Notes under the pieces: generated by a model
Seen by the model: only the letters and a program-made list of their open reading frames with translations
The model's database searches: none
Told to the model about the DNA's origin: nothing
DNA from: Mobula hypostoma
Taxonomy: Eukaryota
Length of the DNA: 64,000 bases
Reading direction: 5' to 3'
Assembly: GCF_963921235.1 (NCBI RefSeq)
Contig: NC_086097.1
Location: 134,232,001 to 134,296,000, forward strand
Shown: positions 48,241 to 61,135 of the stretch, piece after piece
Numbering within the stretch: the stretch's first letter is position 1
How the letters are laid out: each line of letters begins with the position of its first letter
Made by a program: the position numbers and the translations under genes

Positions 48241-49369
48241 CAGGTTCACCAAAATGCTTACAATACGATTTCCAACTCAGTATTTTGTGGACACACAATA
48301 AAATCGTACAGCATTACCATTGGGCCCATCATGCCTTTTCCAGTTCTCTGTAAGTGCTATCAAATTTATTCCACCTCCATGTCCTTTGCCCAGAGTCCTG
48401 CTAAAATTTTTTTCGACTATATCTGCAATTCCCTTCTGAAAATCTCAAGCTTGTTCCTTCGAGGTGGTGGAGTCAGGATCGCAACAACTCACCAGGTTAA
48501 AATGAAATCTCATCTCTAGCCCTTCTTCGCCCACTCATTTTTAAGAAATTAAATCTGATCTGTGTAGTCTGCTTACCAATACTTCTGCTGGTGAAACTGT
48601 TTCTGATATTTACGGTTTAAAACTCCTCATGATTCTGAGGCATAGAATCTAAGTGGTTTGATCACAGAGCTTAATAGTCAACTGGGCTTGTAAAACAATC
48701 AATGTTCCAGAAAATGATGCATTTATCAACTGCGAGGCTCCGGTGATCACTGGCGTATGACATTGTAGGACTGTGTGCTTGTGTCATTCACCAGAAGACC
48801 AGCGTAACACACGCAGAGGCTACCAAACGACTTCATCTCATCTATGTCAGGCAATTTGTTGTGAGCTTAGCTTAGGTGTAAGAAACTTCTAATAAAAATT
48901 CATGGAGTTGCTGAAGAAACGAGATGGATGGCAGATGAGAGGTCACCCTGCCTCTGTGCTAGAAGTCAAGGGGCCGAATCTTACTCTGCACTAGGCTCTA
49001 TATTTCAGGTTTCACCTAAGCAGATTAAATTTGTGCTGATGCAATCTGTCTTTGTCCAGTAACCTTTCTCCCCAACCCCCTCAGTATGTTAGAAACATCT
49101 CAAGTGATAAAACCAGTGGTCTGGTTCTTTTAACTGGTTACCACATTTCCTAGAGTACTGAGCTTGCGGTGTGATATTAACCCATATGTAAAAAACCCCC
49201 TTCAGCTGCTTGTACTGAAGGTTCATTATAGTGGTGTCTGTGGGCTTTACTCTGCTTCCCTTGTTGAAATCATAGTGGCCAAATTTTGGAAATGAGCCAA
49301 ATTTTGGAAATGAACTTCATCAGCCAACCACTAATTTAATGGACTATTAAACAAAGAACCTGAAACATA

Positions 49370-50200
49370 GGAGATTGAGGGATTATTTACCAGAGGGGAA
49401 CAGACAAGATGAGTCACAGTCTTTTGCCTAGGGAAGGGGTGTTCAAAACAAGAGGCCATAGGTTTAAGATCAGGGAGAGATTCTAAAGGGACATCAGAGG
49501 CAGTATCTTGAAACAAATGCAGGCGTGCATTTGGAATGAGCTGACAGAAATAATGGTTGAGGTGGGCATATTAGCAACATTTAACAGCTACTTAGATATA
49601 TAGATAAGAGATGGTTAGCAGGCTATGGGCCAAATGCCAGTGGACGGGAGTAGTTTGCATGGATGAGTTGGGCTGAAGGGCCTGGTTCTATACTGTATGA
49701 GTCGAAAAGAATTTATTCCTACCTCTGCTTCTTTTGCAGCTAAGAACTAAACTGTTACAAACATAAAACAGATTTGGGCAGTTTTCTCTGGAGCAGTAGA
49801 GGCTGAGCTGAGACCTGAGAGAATTTATAGGATTATGAGAGGTGTAGGTAGACAGCAACTTTTTTCCAGGGTCAAAATGTCTAATACTAGAGGGCATGCA
49901 TTTAAGGTGAGAGCAGATAAGTTCAAAGCAGATATGGACAGAGTAAGGTTTTTTCTCCCCAGACAGAAAGTGATGGGTGCCTGCAATGCACTGTCGGGGA
50001 AGTTAGTGGAGGAAAAGATGATAGGGGCATTAAGATATTCCTAGATAGGCAGAGCCATGTGCAGAAAATGGAGGGATATTGACATTGTGTAAGCAAACAG
50101 GATTTCTTCAGTTAAGCATTTAATTACTAGTTTAATTAATTTAGACCAACATTGTGTGCTGAGGATCCTGTTCTCATCCTTTACTCTCCTATGTTCTAAA
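49370..50200 (+). mobile_element. Two adjacent CR1 3' fragments
   Basis: aaaacaagaggccataggtttaag.. and SNTRGHAFKVR..GACNAL; second ends ctatgttcta. Confidence 0.75.
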
Positions 50201-50889
50201 GCAACTAAGTGAAGAAATAAAGACAAGCATGAAAGGAAAAGCAAAATCAGTGGGGATGGTGTGAAATAGGCCTTCCTTAAACTTGTACTCATAAATCGCA
50301 GCTTTGCTACTGAAAGTTATATATATTATATGTCTTGAGAGAGAATAATCTCATGGCACCCTCTAGGTTCTGAATATTCAAAGTAGCGAAGCAACACAGA
50401 GCAAAACACTAAGCTTTGGAAAGAACATTTGGTAAAGTAGCACTTTCATGCTTTACAACCACGGTAACTTGTTAGAGCAGAGTTCTGATGCAAAAGGACA
50501 CTTAGCTGGACTTACTTGTGGAATGGTGGAATTAAAATTGCATTTAACAATAGACCACTATAATTCCAGAACTACCAACACTAGTTAAGTTATAAGGTCT
50601 AGCTAGATAAAACTGTAAAATACACTAGAACGCATAAAATAGAAAATGTCTAGTTGTGTATCCATAATCTGAATACATCCAATATCAGAGCACTAGCACA
50701 CTCATTATTTCTGAAAGAGACCGTGAGTTTCCAGAAGCTGTTACAGTATAGTACTATGTTTTCCATGTACAGCGAATGTATAAGTTACAAAACAACACCG
50801 CTTTTAGATGTACAGTGAAATATTACAAAAAGTAACACTTAAACATGATGTTGAAAAACCATCAAGAATTAATATTCTCTAATAGTCCA

Positions 50890-51935
50890 CCTGGTATGGA
50901 AACACCAATGCCTTTGAATTCAGAATTCTACAAAAAGTAGTGGATACGGCCCAGTCCGTCATGGGTAAAGACCTCCCCACCACTGAGCACATCTACTTGA
51001 AACAATGTCACAGGAAAGCAGCATCCATCACCAGGAACCCCCAGTCATCCAGGTCATGCTCTCTTCTTGCTGCTGACATCAGGAAGGTGGTACAGAAGCC
51101 TCAGGACACACACCACCAGGTTCAGGAACAGTTATTACCCCTCAAACACCAGGCTCTTTAACCAAAGAGGATAACTTCACTTGCCCCATTGGTTTCCACA
51201 ACCAATGGGCTCACTTTCAAGGACCCTTCATCTCAGGTTCTCAATATTTATTGCTTATTTATTTATTTCTTATTATTATTTCTTTCTTTTTGTATTTGCA
51301 CCATTTGTTGTCTTTCGCACACTGGTTGAACACCTAAGTTTGTGTGGTCTCTCATTGATTCTGTTATGGCTACTATTCTATAATTTTATTGAGTATGCCC
51401 ACAGGAAAATGAATCACAGGGAAGTATATGATGCTATATGTTAGAGTGATTTTTGGGTTTAGGACATATACATTTAACAATTGACTTTGGCTACCAGTCT
51501 TCACATCTAAAAATGTATTGTGGATTTAATTTGGAGTGCAGCTCTGAACAATGGGTTCCGAAAAGCTGTGAATCCCAGACCAGACAATGCTTAAAATTCA
51601 TTTGGATGACTGTGGCGTGGATGTGAATCAGGAGGTGTGAAGGTTGAACAGGGAATGTCGTTTCGAAGAAAGTATTGTCCATACATTGTAAATATGAAGT
51701 TGTCCTTTGATGTTTGGCATACAAAATATCGAGCCCCATGTTGGGCCGACAGACCTTTCCACCAAAAGTGTCTCCGTATGATGCTGTTGTACCTTGTTTT
51801 GTTGAATAAAGGAGCTGCTTCGTATCTACCACTAATTTTCTCCTGTGACTTCATTCACACAACAACGCTGAATCACAGGGATGTATATGATGACATATAT
51901 ATATTTTAATAACAATTTACTTTGAGCTTTGAATT
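50890..51935 (+). mobile_element. Rex/Babar-type LINE 3' end with an LTR-like insertion in its tail
   Basis: cctggtatggaaacaccaatgcc..aggaaagcagcatccatca..; tail tttactttgagctttga at ~51920. Confidence 0.85.
51439..51864 (+). mobile_element. Solo-LTR-like element (~426 bp)
   Basis: TGTT...AACA termini, AATAAA at 51805-51810; no clean 4-6 bp TSD. Confidence 0.55.
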
Positions 51936-54900
51936 TCATAATCTGAATACATCTATTATCGAAATACTGCTTGATCCTTAGGAATTTGGACTGGATATCT
52001 ATAGTTGGGATATGTCTTTAAAAAAGGATGCTAAAGAGAATTAACAGAAAAATAAACTTTTGATGACACCTGCAATGATGAGTGAAAATACATTATTATT
52101 GCAAAACAAACATGAATATTGCTCACAGCATGGACAGATGTTATCAAGTTTGACCATATGCATCACCTGCCTTTTCTCTGCCATCTCTAACCACTGAGGC
52201 AAGCTTCATTAAAGGGAACACAATCACACACCAAGAATATTTATAGAAATATAGATTGAGGCATAGTGCTTAAAGTCAATATTGGTAAGCCAGTCTCTCC
52301 TGTAGCTTAACCTATACCTGTAAGGTAGACATGAGTAAGTAATCTCCCTAACCTTAAGCAGTATATAATGCATCAGATTTTGACAGTCGTATACAGTCTT
52401 GGTTGAGAAAGAACAAAACTCTATACACATCTGGCAGGCAAACTGATGAGCCTGTCTCTGCAGAACTTGAGCAAATAATAAGCATCTTTCAGAGGACTGC
52501 ACTGTTACCAGTCGACTGCTATCTTGCCAGCAGTGCTTAAGAAATAAAGAAAGGGTACTTTGAACACTTAAAGCACAACTAAATCCATCCTGCATACGGT
52601 GCCAGTCACAGCCAGTTACTTCTCATATTGATCAGCATGACGAGGCGTAGGCTTGCATGACCATCAATCAGCGACTCAGTGGGATATCCATCTCAGGTTT
52701 TCCACTGTATTTTTTATAATTACTCAGACTTAATCCATTTTCTTTGTCCACTTACATCTGGCATTTCGCCACTACAGCAGATTACAATGTGAATTACAGT
52801 TTCTTGGGCTCATATTCAATGATTTTCTAAACATGGAGAAACAGTTCCAGAACTTTCTGAACTTTGCTCCATATTCCAGTGCGGAAGATCATTAATGTGA
52901 TGAAAGACAATATAATTCTATCAATATGTTTGAGAACAATTTAACTAGCCTTTTTAAGGCTGCACCATTCTAACTCTGCATATATACCTGACTCATAAAA
53001 CCAAGTTGCATTTACTGTATATGGTCCCTCCAAGCCCCACTGAACTGTTCGATAGCCAATGAAATAACAACTGTGATTCAGAAATGCAGCAACCAATCTG
53101 TACACAGCAAGAATCCCCCCCTCACCAAACTAGGTCATAAATGTGACAATGTGCGTTTTCACTATCCACAAGACAGAGGTGTGCTGGTACTCTATGCACT
53201 TGCCTGAGGTAGTGTAATTTCAATAGAACTCAAGAAACTCAAAACCATCCAGAAGAAGGCAGTCCCTTTTATTGATACTGCTATCAGAAGTGTTAGTTAC
53301 CTCTACCAGATACACTATGGCTGCAATCACCTCCAAAAATCCACAGCAGTTCTTCGCCTAAGTTGATTCAACAGCACCTTCCAAACCCATGGCCAAGTAG
53401 AACAAATGCATATGGTGTAAGGAGACATTACCTGTGGTTTCTCTTCATGTTCCATACCATCCTGACTTAGAAATAGCTCATTCCTTCACCACAGCTGGAC
53501 CTAAATTCTTAAACAACAGCACTGTGTGGTATCTTCACCAGAAGAACTGCAGTGCTTCAAGAAAGCATCTCACCAGCACCTTATCAAGAGCAATTAGGGA
53601 AGAATAATAAATGCTGGCCTAACTCATTATACCTAAAATCAGAAAAAAATGAATAGATTAAAAAATCTATTTTGGTGGTCCTAGTTGAGGTATGAATGTC
53701 AGGGTCAGGACAAAGGAGAACTCCCAAGGAAACACATCCACCAAGAGGGAATCTCATCTTAACACGTTCTCTGAAAGATGGCACCTTTGACAGTGTGGTA
53801 CTCCCCTAGAATAACAACAGATTGCAGCAAAGCACTTACTTGTGTTTTGAGATTTCAAGTGCTCACTTGAGTTTCCTCTTGCAATCTGACTGCAGAATTA
53901 AACTATGCAATTTAATTGGCTCTTTTTATAAGTTAGTAGGTTAGTACAACACACTTACATGGATTTCAGTTGGATGCTGCAAAAGTTTATCAATGGAAAA
54001 GTACAATTATGATCAGATCATTTTCTTCAAACAAATGTTTCAGACGACATGGAACTATAGCAATGAAATAAAGTGTTCAATTCCAATTAACATCATGTTA
54101 ATTAACCAACAGAGCACATCATAAATATCAACTTTATTTTAATAGTTTGTGTACACAAATAAAATAAGCTTTTTCCTCTGGCAGAGGAGATTCTGCCCAA
54201 AGAAAAGGGGGTACATAACCCTAAAGAGGGGTTTGGCACAATACCACAGAGCACTTCTTCATACAAAAAGGACTGGAATTTGGAATTCTTTGTCCATTAA
54301 ATTCTTCAGGGGAAGGAGGGGTTACCACTGAATTTTTGTTACTGAAAGATGAATGAAGCCACAAGACACAGATGTTATTTCATTGTTTTTGTTATAATTC
54401 TGGAGGGGTGCTGCAAGGGTGGAGGTGGTGTCTTTCAGATAGTTTCCAAGCCGGATTTTAGTTGGGTCTACCTGTGCTTTGGGTTAGACTCCTGTAGTCA
54501 GTGTCATCCAGCATAGAAACAAGCCCTTCAACTACAGCTGACAGCCAACTATCTACACTAATCCTACTTTTCTTCTTGTTTCTCCATGAACTTTCTCCTC
54601 CACCTATCTATTCTCTTGTCACTCATAGCAGCTGATTAACCTACCTGCAGGCAGGTTAAAGTACGTGGCAGTCAATTAAGTGGCTTGGAAATGTTGCACT
54701 TTGGGAGTTTCAGGCTGAAAGGTTCTATACAAATACAAGGTCTTTTTAACATACCGTTTTTGTTTCACAAAGGTGCTAAGGGTGACACAACTAAAGAACT
54801 AGAGCAAACAAACAGACTAATGACAATCTAATAAAATTCTACCAGTGGCTTGAGGGAGTGAACCCCCTTTCTGGATAAAAGGGCATACCTAAACCTGTAG

Positions 54901-55191
54901 AGTTATTGATAAGAGACTTATTCTATTGCTTAACTCAGATCTTCTTTAACATTGAGATTTCAAAATGCACGATAGCAAGATCAAAATAATGTAATTTACA
55001 ATGCTGTACAGCACGATATGCTATCAGATTAGTCTACACAAGTGATTTATGGGCCACCCCAGCAATAGTAGGCACACAAAAAATAATGGCAGTACATCTA
55101 TTCCTGCTCTTCTGCCACGGTCCTGTAGAAGGCACAGATTTAAGTTACTGATGGGAAAGTTCAAGGGAGATGCGCAAGGTAAGTTCTCTTA

Positions 55192-55706
55192 AGACTGATT
55201 TATACTTCTGCGTCAAATGGACGCCGTAACCGACGCAAGTGGGCAATACTGTTGTGAGCATTTATACTTGTGCGTTGGTGTGTCCACATCACTCTGCAAT
55301 TCGCGCACGTACACGCATGCGCACACACCTGCCCGTGCAAGGCTTCACGGTCATGGTAGTCTTTCTCGGGGTAAACAAGTTTAAAGCGAGCGTCTTTTTT
55401 TGTAAAAGCGAAACGTGTCCTCCATAATTTCCGAGGTCTGTAAAGCTTTATGGAAAGCATTGCAGCCAGAGTTCCTTCCCTGCCCTTCAGTCACCCAATG
55501 GGAAGCTATTGCAGCATAGGAGGAAATGCGATGCTATGAAGCAGACCAATCACAGTTGTTGCAGTTTGCATTGCCGCGACGCTTTGTTACATTTTGGGAG
55601 AGGTGTGCGTCAGGCTATGGAGTAGGGATCCGCGTAGGCTCTGCGTAGGGTTCATGGCGATGCTGTACCTACGGCATCGATTTGATGCAGAAGTATAAAT
55701 CAGCCT
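55192..55706. mobile_element. PIF/Harbinger-type MITE (515 bp)
   Basis: 37-bp TIRs AG(A/G)CTGATTTATACTTCTGC(G/A)TCAAAT(G/C)GA(C/T)GCCGTA, TTA TSD (55189-91 / 55707-09); sits inside a CR1 3' fragment (~55150-55925). Confidence 0.9.
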
Positions 55707-56099
55707 TTACTTTGCACATCCTCAGGTGGGTGCCTGGAATGGTGGTGGAGACAGTTACAAGAGAGGCATTTAAGAGGCTCTTTGAGAGCACATGAATTTG
55801 CAGAGTATGTTAGGATTTGGATCACATGCCGGCAGAAGGCATTAGGTGCCATTAACTTAAATTGGTTCACCACAACATTGTTGTCTGAAGGTCTGGTTCC
55901 TATGCTGTACATTTTGTTTGATGTTAAGACATTGCATTGTGCTTTATTGACCATCCTATCACAACACAAAGTCTGTCCATGTAAAATGGCGGCTTTCCTG
56001 GTTGAGATCCAACCCGTTTGCCAGTGAGGTGTCATGATCCAGTGCTACATCAGTGATGTTGAAACTATGTTGCACTGTGTCTTCCACCTGCAGGTGAGC

Positions 56100-56670
56100 C
56101 ACAGATCAGGCCCTATGGCCCAATGAGTTCATGCTGACTGCATTGTCCACCATGTTCATCCCCATTACCTTCATGTACCTATCCAAGTACTTCTTAAACG
56201 ATACTATTGCATCTGCCTCAACCACTTCCTCTGGCAGCTCATTTCATTATTCATCGCTCTCTGTGTGAACAAGTTGCTCCTCAGGTCCTTTTTAAATCTT
56301 TCCTTTCTCATTCTAAATCTATGCTCCCCCGGTTTTTCAACACAACTACACTGAGGGAAAAACCTGTTATCACCTATATTATCTATACCTCTCATAATTT
56401 TAAACTCTTCTATAACGTTACCCAAAACTCTTCCTAAAACGCAGGCCCCCTAGTTCTGGCAACATCTTTGCAATTTTTTTTTCTTCACTCTGTCTAGTTT
56501 AACCACATCATAGGGCAATCAAAACTGTACATAGCACTTCAAGTGCAGCCTCACTAACAACTTATGTAACTATAACATAATGTTGCAGCTCCTATACTGA
56601 GTGCTCTGATTAACGAAGGCCAGCACCATCCTCTCTACCTGTGATGCTGCTTTCAATGAACTATGCACTT
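56100..56670 (-). mobile_element. CR1 3' fragment
   Basis: FKIMRGID..RFKKDLRSNLFTQR; cctgcctcaaccacttcctctggcagctcatt-type block. Confidence 0.8.
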
Positions 56671-58499
56671 GTGATATGGAGTGCACGATACAAAATTCCA
56701 CTACACTATCCTTACTAAGTGCTGATCATACTTTGCAATCAATTTTACACTTCATTTGAACTCCCCAGGCCAGTCAAAAACTCAAATCATCAATATGCTT
56801 GAATCATTTCTTGGTAAACAATCATTTGGGGGAAATTAACTACAACAGTAATCAATACTCCAATGTTTAACATAGCAAAAGTAAATGTCAGGAATATCAA
56901 TACACTAAAAGAAGTTCTTTATGAAGGACTGGTTAATAATATAAAACTTTAATTTGTAATCTTCAGTCTTGCCCAGCTTACAGGTGACAGGCAGTCTAAT
57001 ACAGAAGTCTATCATAGTGAGGGCTAGTGGAGGCTTTGGGGTCAGTGATTATGAAGTCAGTGCTTGCCTAGCCCGATGGAATAAGGTGCTGGTTAGTTAA
57101 AGTCTCAATTAATTTCGGCAAACCTACAGGACTCTGGTAGATGAACTAGCTAGTGTGGAAAAGGGTTGGGGCGGGGGTGGTTTGGTGTTAATTGTGCACA
57201 TTATTGCTTAGGGGAGTTGTATGGCATCCTTAAATTTTAAACTAACTGCCTATTGTTTGGCTGGAGTTAATAATCAATCAGTCATTTCTGATTCAATTTG
57301 AAATTCCAATCACTGGTTTTAATTCCAGGTTACTTCCACTAATGTTTCCAATGGAATTATTACACTGAGGTTTTCATTGGCAGAAAGGCATGGGGAACTC
57401 TTGAATTTTTCTCTCAGTGTTTCCTTACCTACTGAAGAGGGAGACAGCAACCTCATTGTGTGGAGGTGCCTAAGCAAACAGAGAGCAGGGCAAGATTCAG
57501 GTCTGTGCTAGTGCTATAAGGTACTGTGACTCTGACCGTACTGTCAAACATGAGAGCATTCTGTATAATAGCAAACCTGAAACACAAAGCAGGCATGACG
57601 TTTGTTGCCCCAATGTTAAATTTTGTGACTGCCTATTGTAGAATCCATCTACAGTTTAACCTGTTGATGAAAGTTGGGTGGGTTCCATATGTGGCATCAG
57701 ACACCAGCAAACTGCCAGCTGGTGAAGGTGAAAGGCGCCCCCATTCCCTTCAGTTACAGAATGAAATATATGCATATGCTTTGGCATCTTGTTAAAATAG
57801 GTGGTACATTGAATATGACAGAGGTTGTGGGGTGTGGGCACAATGATAGTAGAGGTGATAATGAAACAGGAGTTGCTGATGTAGCATCAGAAACATCTAC
57901 AATGGTGACTGTAAATACACACCGCCCTGCTCCATAAGCCAATTACAATGAAATACAGAGTATAGCAATGGCCACTGTTGGCAGTGAAGAGCAAGATAAC
58001 TCATCTTCTTGACTGAATTAACATACTTACATATTTATAATTGGTGCCCTTCAACTTGTACTCAGTTAGAATAAAGTCTTTTAGATTCTGGCACAGTTTA
58101 GAAGTTGTACAGTAAATGAGCAGCACACAAACACGGGGTAAACATTAACTGTAAGGTTTTAATTATCAGCTACACAGCTCGAATACTGTACGAACAGCTG
58201 TTGTTAGCCAAATAATGGCAGATGCTCATATATATTTAAAGGGGAGTCTGTAGACTGTGTCGGCAATTTTGCTCCCCCTCAGAAAAATGTCTTTGCTATT
58301 CAACAAACTGTCTGCCCGTTTTGCGTTATTTAAATTTTGCAAAATTCCTGAGCGCTTTGTGTCACGCCCTGTTCCTTCCAAAGCAGAAGCACCAAGGCAG
58401 CAGTGTTGTGATTGAGGAATGGTAATACATGACACATGGTGTTAAGAATGGGATTGGCGTGTGAACAATATTTATTCATGTTTGTGTGTGTGCCTATGC

Positions 58500-58960
58500 A
58501 AGTTGGGGAGAAGGGAGATGAGGGAGGGAGGGGGGGGTTGGGAGAGAATGGAAGAGAGAGGAAGAAAGAATACTGTAGTAGATATTCCTGCCCCACAAAG
58601 TTAAGAATTCCCTAAATCACACCATGTATTTTGAAATTAGCAGAAAAAATAATGAATTTCAGAAAGAAAGCATACTACCAAAATTACAGAGCATAATTAA
58701 TGCTACAGTGATGCTAAAATGTAGGCAATGTTCTTTTAAAGCTTAGAGATGAAAGTGAAGAGGAGGAGGAAGAAGCAGAGGGAATGAAAGTGGAAAAAGG
58801 TTAAATGTAGGAAAAAGGAAGGGAAGGAGATAGTAAAGTGAATAGGAGGGAGAGGTGAAAAAAATGAACTGGGGAGAGGAGAAAGATAAAGAAAAGGTAA
58901 AAGAGAAGTTGAATAAGCAAAAGAGGAGGAGAAAGAAGATGAGGAAAAAGTGTGTGTGGG
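58500..58960. repeat. Purine-rich low-complexity tracts (58500-58570, 58745-58960)
   Basis: G/A-rich runs, including ggggagaagggagatgagggagggagggggggttggg. Confidence 0.7.
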
Positions 58961-60919
58961 GTAAAAGAAATGGCTTGGCTACATGTTAATTCATCAAGCC
59001 AAAAATGAAGTGAGTGTAAAATGGTTTTTCTTAAGGTGTTCCCAGTTAATGTTCAAGATCAGAAAGGAATGGGCTTTCTGTCTAAGAGTGGGAAGATTTA
59101 TTCACTCATCTATTTCCTTTAGTTTGGACATTTTTCCTCATCATGAGATTAAATCTGTGCTAATAAGCCTTTCCTACACAGTGTTATAATTCCTTCCACC
59201 ATTATCGTTCAGAATCAACTTCATCAAAAACATCGATGTCAGGCAATTTATATTTTTGCCAAGGTATCAAATCCCTCTATTTTCTCTACAGCATCACTCG
59301 GTCGTATATCACTCTGCCAGTAAAGGGCCAGTGATGTACTAGTGGGTGTCCCATGTTGCGATTCTGAGCAGCCTGCTGATTTGTCTTGTCGCCTCTCCTT
59401 TGGGATATCACATGGTCCACTTACATTGCAACAGCACAGCTGAGATCACTAACTCACTAGTATGGGGCGGCTAAACTCTGGGTTCCGCTGATGGAAGCCA
59501 GTTATTCTATGAATGCATAAGATCCCCATCAAATCCAATCATTGGAACACAACATTTCCTAAATGGTAAACGTATGACAACTTTTCAAAAAAAAAGGACA
59601 TATAGCAGATGATCCAATTGGAAGAAAATGAAAAGAAGACACACTGGTTGTTAATTGATTATTCAAATATTTTCAGTCACACTCACTGCGATGTTTGAAA
59701 ATTAATGTTCTTCAGACACGTTGACTGTGAAATGCAATTAGTACAAAATGCATTCCCCGTGCAAACAGCAAGGAGATTCTCCTTCCCTCTCTTGAAAATT
59801 CTGTCATTTATCAGTGAAGATGTCATTAATTTGAGTGCTTCTGGTGGGATCTCACTGAGTAGTAATTCTTACTTGATAGTGGGACAGATCTTCTAACCCC
59901 AAAGCCAACATCTAGCTCCATTCCTCAACAATTAACTCCTGGTGCTGCCTTAAGCTGCCAGTGGAATCTTCCAGTCTGCGATTGCAGATGCTGCATCACT
60001 GTAGTCGTCAATGAACTTCTGGTACAGCAGGAACTTCCACAGGCTTCTTCGCACCTAGGCAAGCGCAGCAGCCCCGGTCCAATGAAGGAGAGAGAATAGC
60101 TGGGTTTCATTATTAGCTTGGACGTATTTAATTGCAGGTCTGGAGTGCACAGTAGTGCAACTGAAGCAGCCGCTGCCTCAAAGTGCCGGAGACCTGAGTT
60201 CAGTCCTGACCTTGGATGCTGTCTGTGCAGTTTGTACCTTCTCTCTGTGTCCATGTAGGCTTTCTCTGGGTGCTTCAGCATTAAAATTAAGGTGGGAGAC
60301 CAACTGAGCAAGAGATTTAGATTTGTGAGATACAATGAGAGAACGTCATTGAGTCAGATGGCAGTAAGATCAGGCTCTACCCAAGAGATTTAATTTCCAA
60401 ATCTAGATCAACACCCCATGCAAGGAGCATGGCAGAATTGGAGTCGAGCATTTTGATTGACACATTAAACATAACTCATTTGGAGAGGAGAACAAGTAAT
60501 ATAATTCCAGTGTCCTACCTACTGATTATCTCTCAAGCATTACACCAAGAAGGTTGACTGGTTAGTACTGTTCCTTAAAATATATGAGGCCATTCAACCT
60601 ATTGAGTCTATGTTGGTTCATTGAGCAATCACACTCCCCCACTTCACCCTAATGCAATGGCATTACAGGTACCAATGCTGCTGGCAAGTCCAGAAATCCC
60701 TACCAACTTCATGACAGCTGGGGAAACAAAATCACAGAATGTGAGGTGGGGAGGTGGTACAATTTTATATCTACTTCCATATACCCTCCTTATTTTCTAT
60801 TAAATGATGGAACTTGAGGAACAGACTGGCAGTCAAAAGTCATCTGAATGTATAAGAAATAGCCCCTGGGCTCTCCAATTGGCCATGGGAAAATGTGTTA
60901 TCTTGAGAATTGACGAGTT

Positions 60920-61135
60920 TTATTTATTTTTTTATTTTCAGATACAGCATGGTAGCAGGTCCTTCCAGCCCAACGAGCCTGCGCACCCAGTAACACCCCT
61001 GTGACCAATTAACCTACTAATCCGTACGTTTTTGGAATGTGGGAGGAAACCGGAACATCCGGAGGAAACTCTCGCAGTCATGGGAAGAACATACAAACCC
61101 CTTACAGACATGGGTGGGGATTAAACCCAGGTCCG
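60920..61135 (-). mobile_element. V-SINE
   Basis: gaccaattaacctactaatccgtacgtttttggaatgtgggaggaaaccggaacatccggaggaaac is the reverse complement of the V-domain. Confidence 0.85.

Noticed and set aside
49279..49314. Tandem 18-bp duplication gccaaattttggaaatga x2
   Set aside because: Simple local slippage duplication; two units with no spacer, not CRISPR-like.
58500..58960. G-quadruplex or triplex-prone purine tracts
   Set aside because: Common low-complexity sequence; nothing here indicates function.
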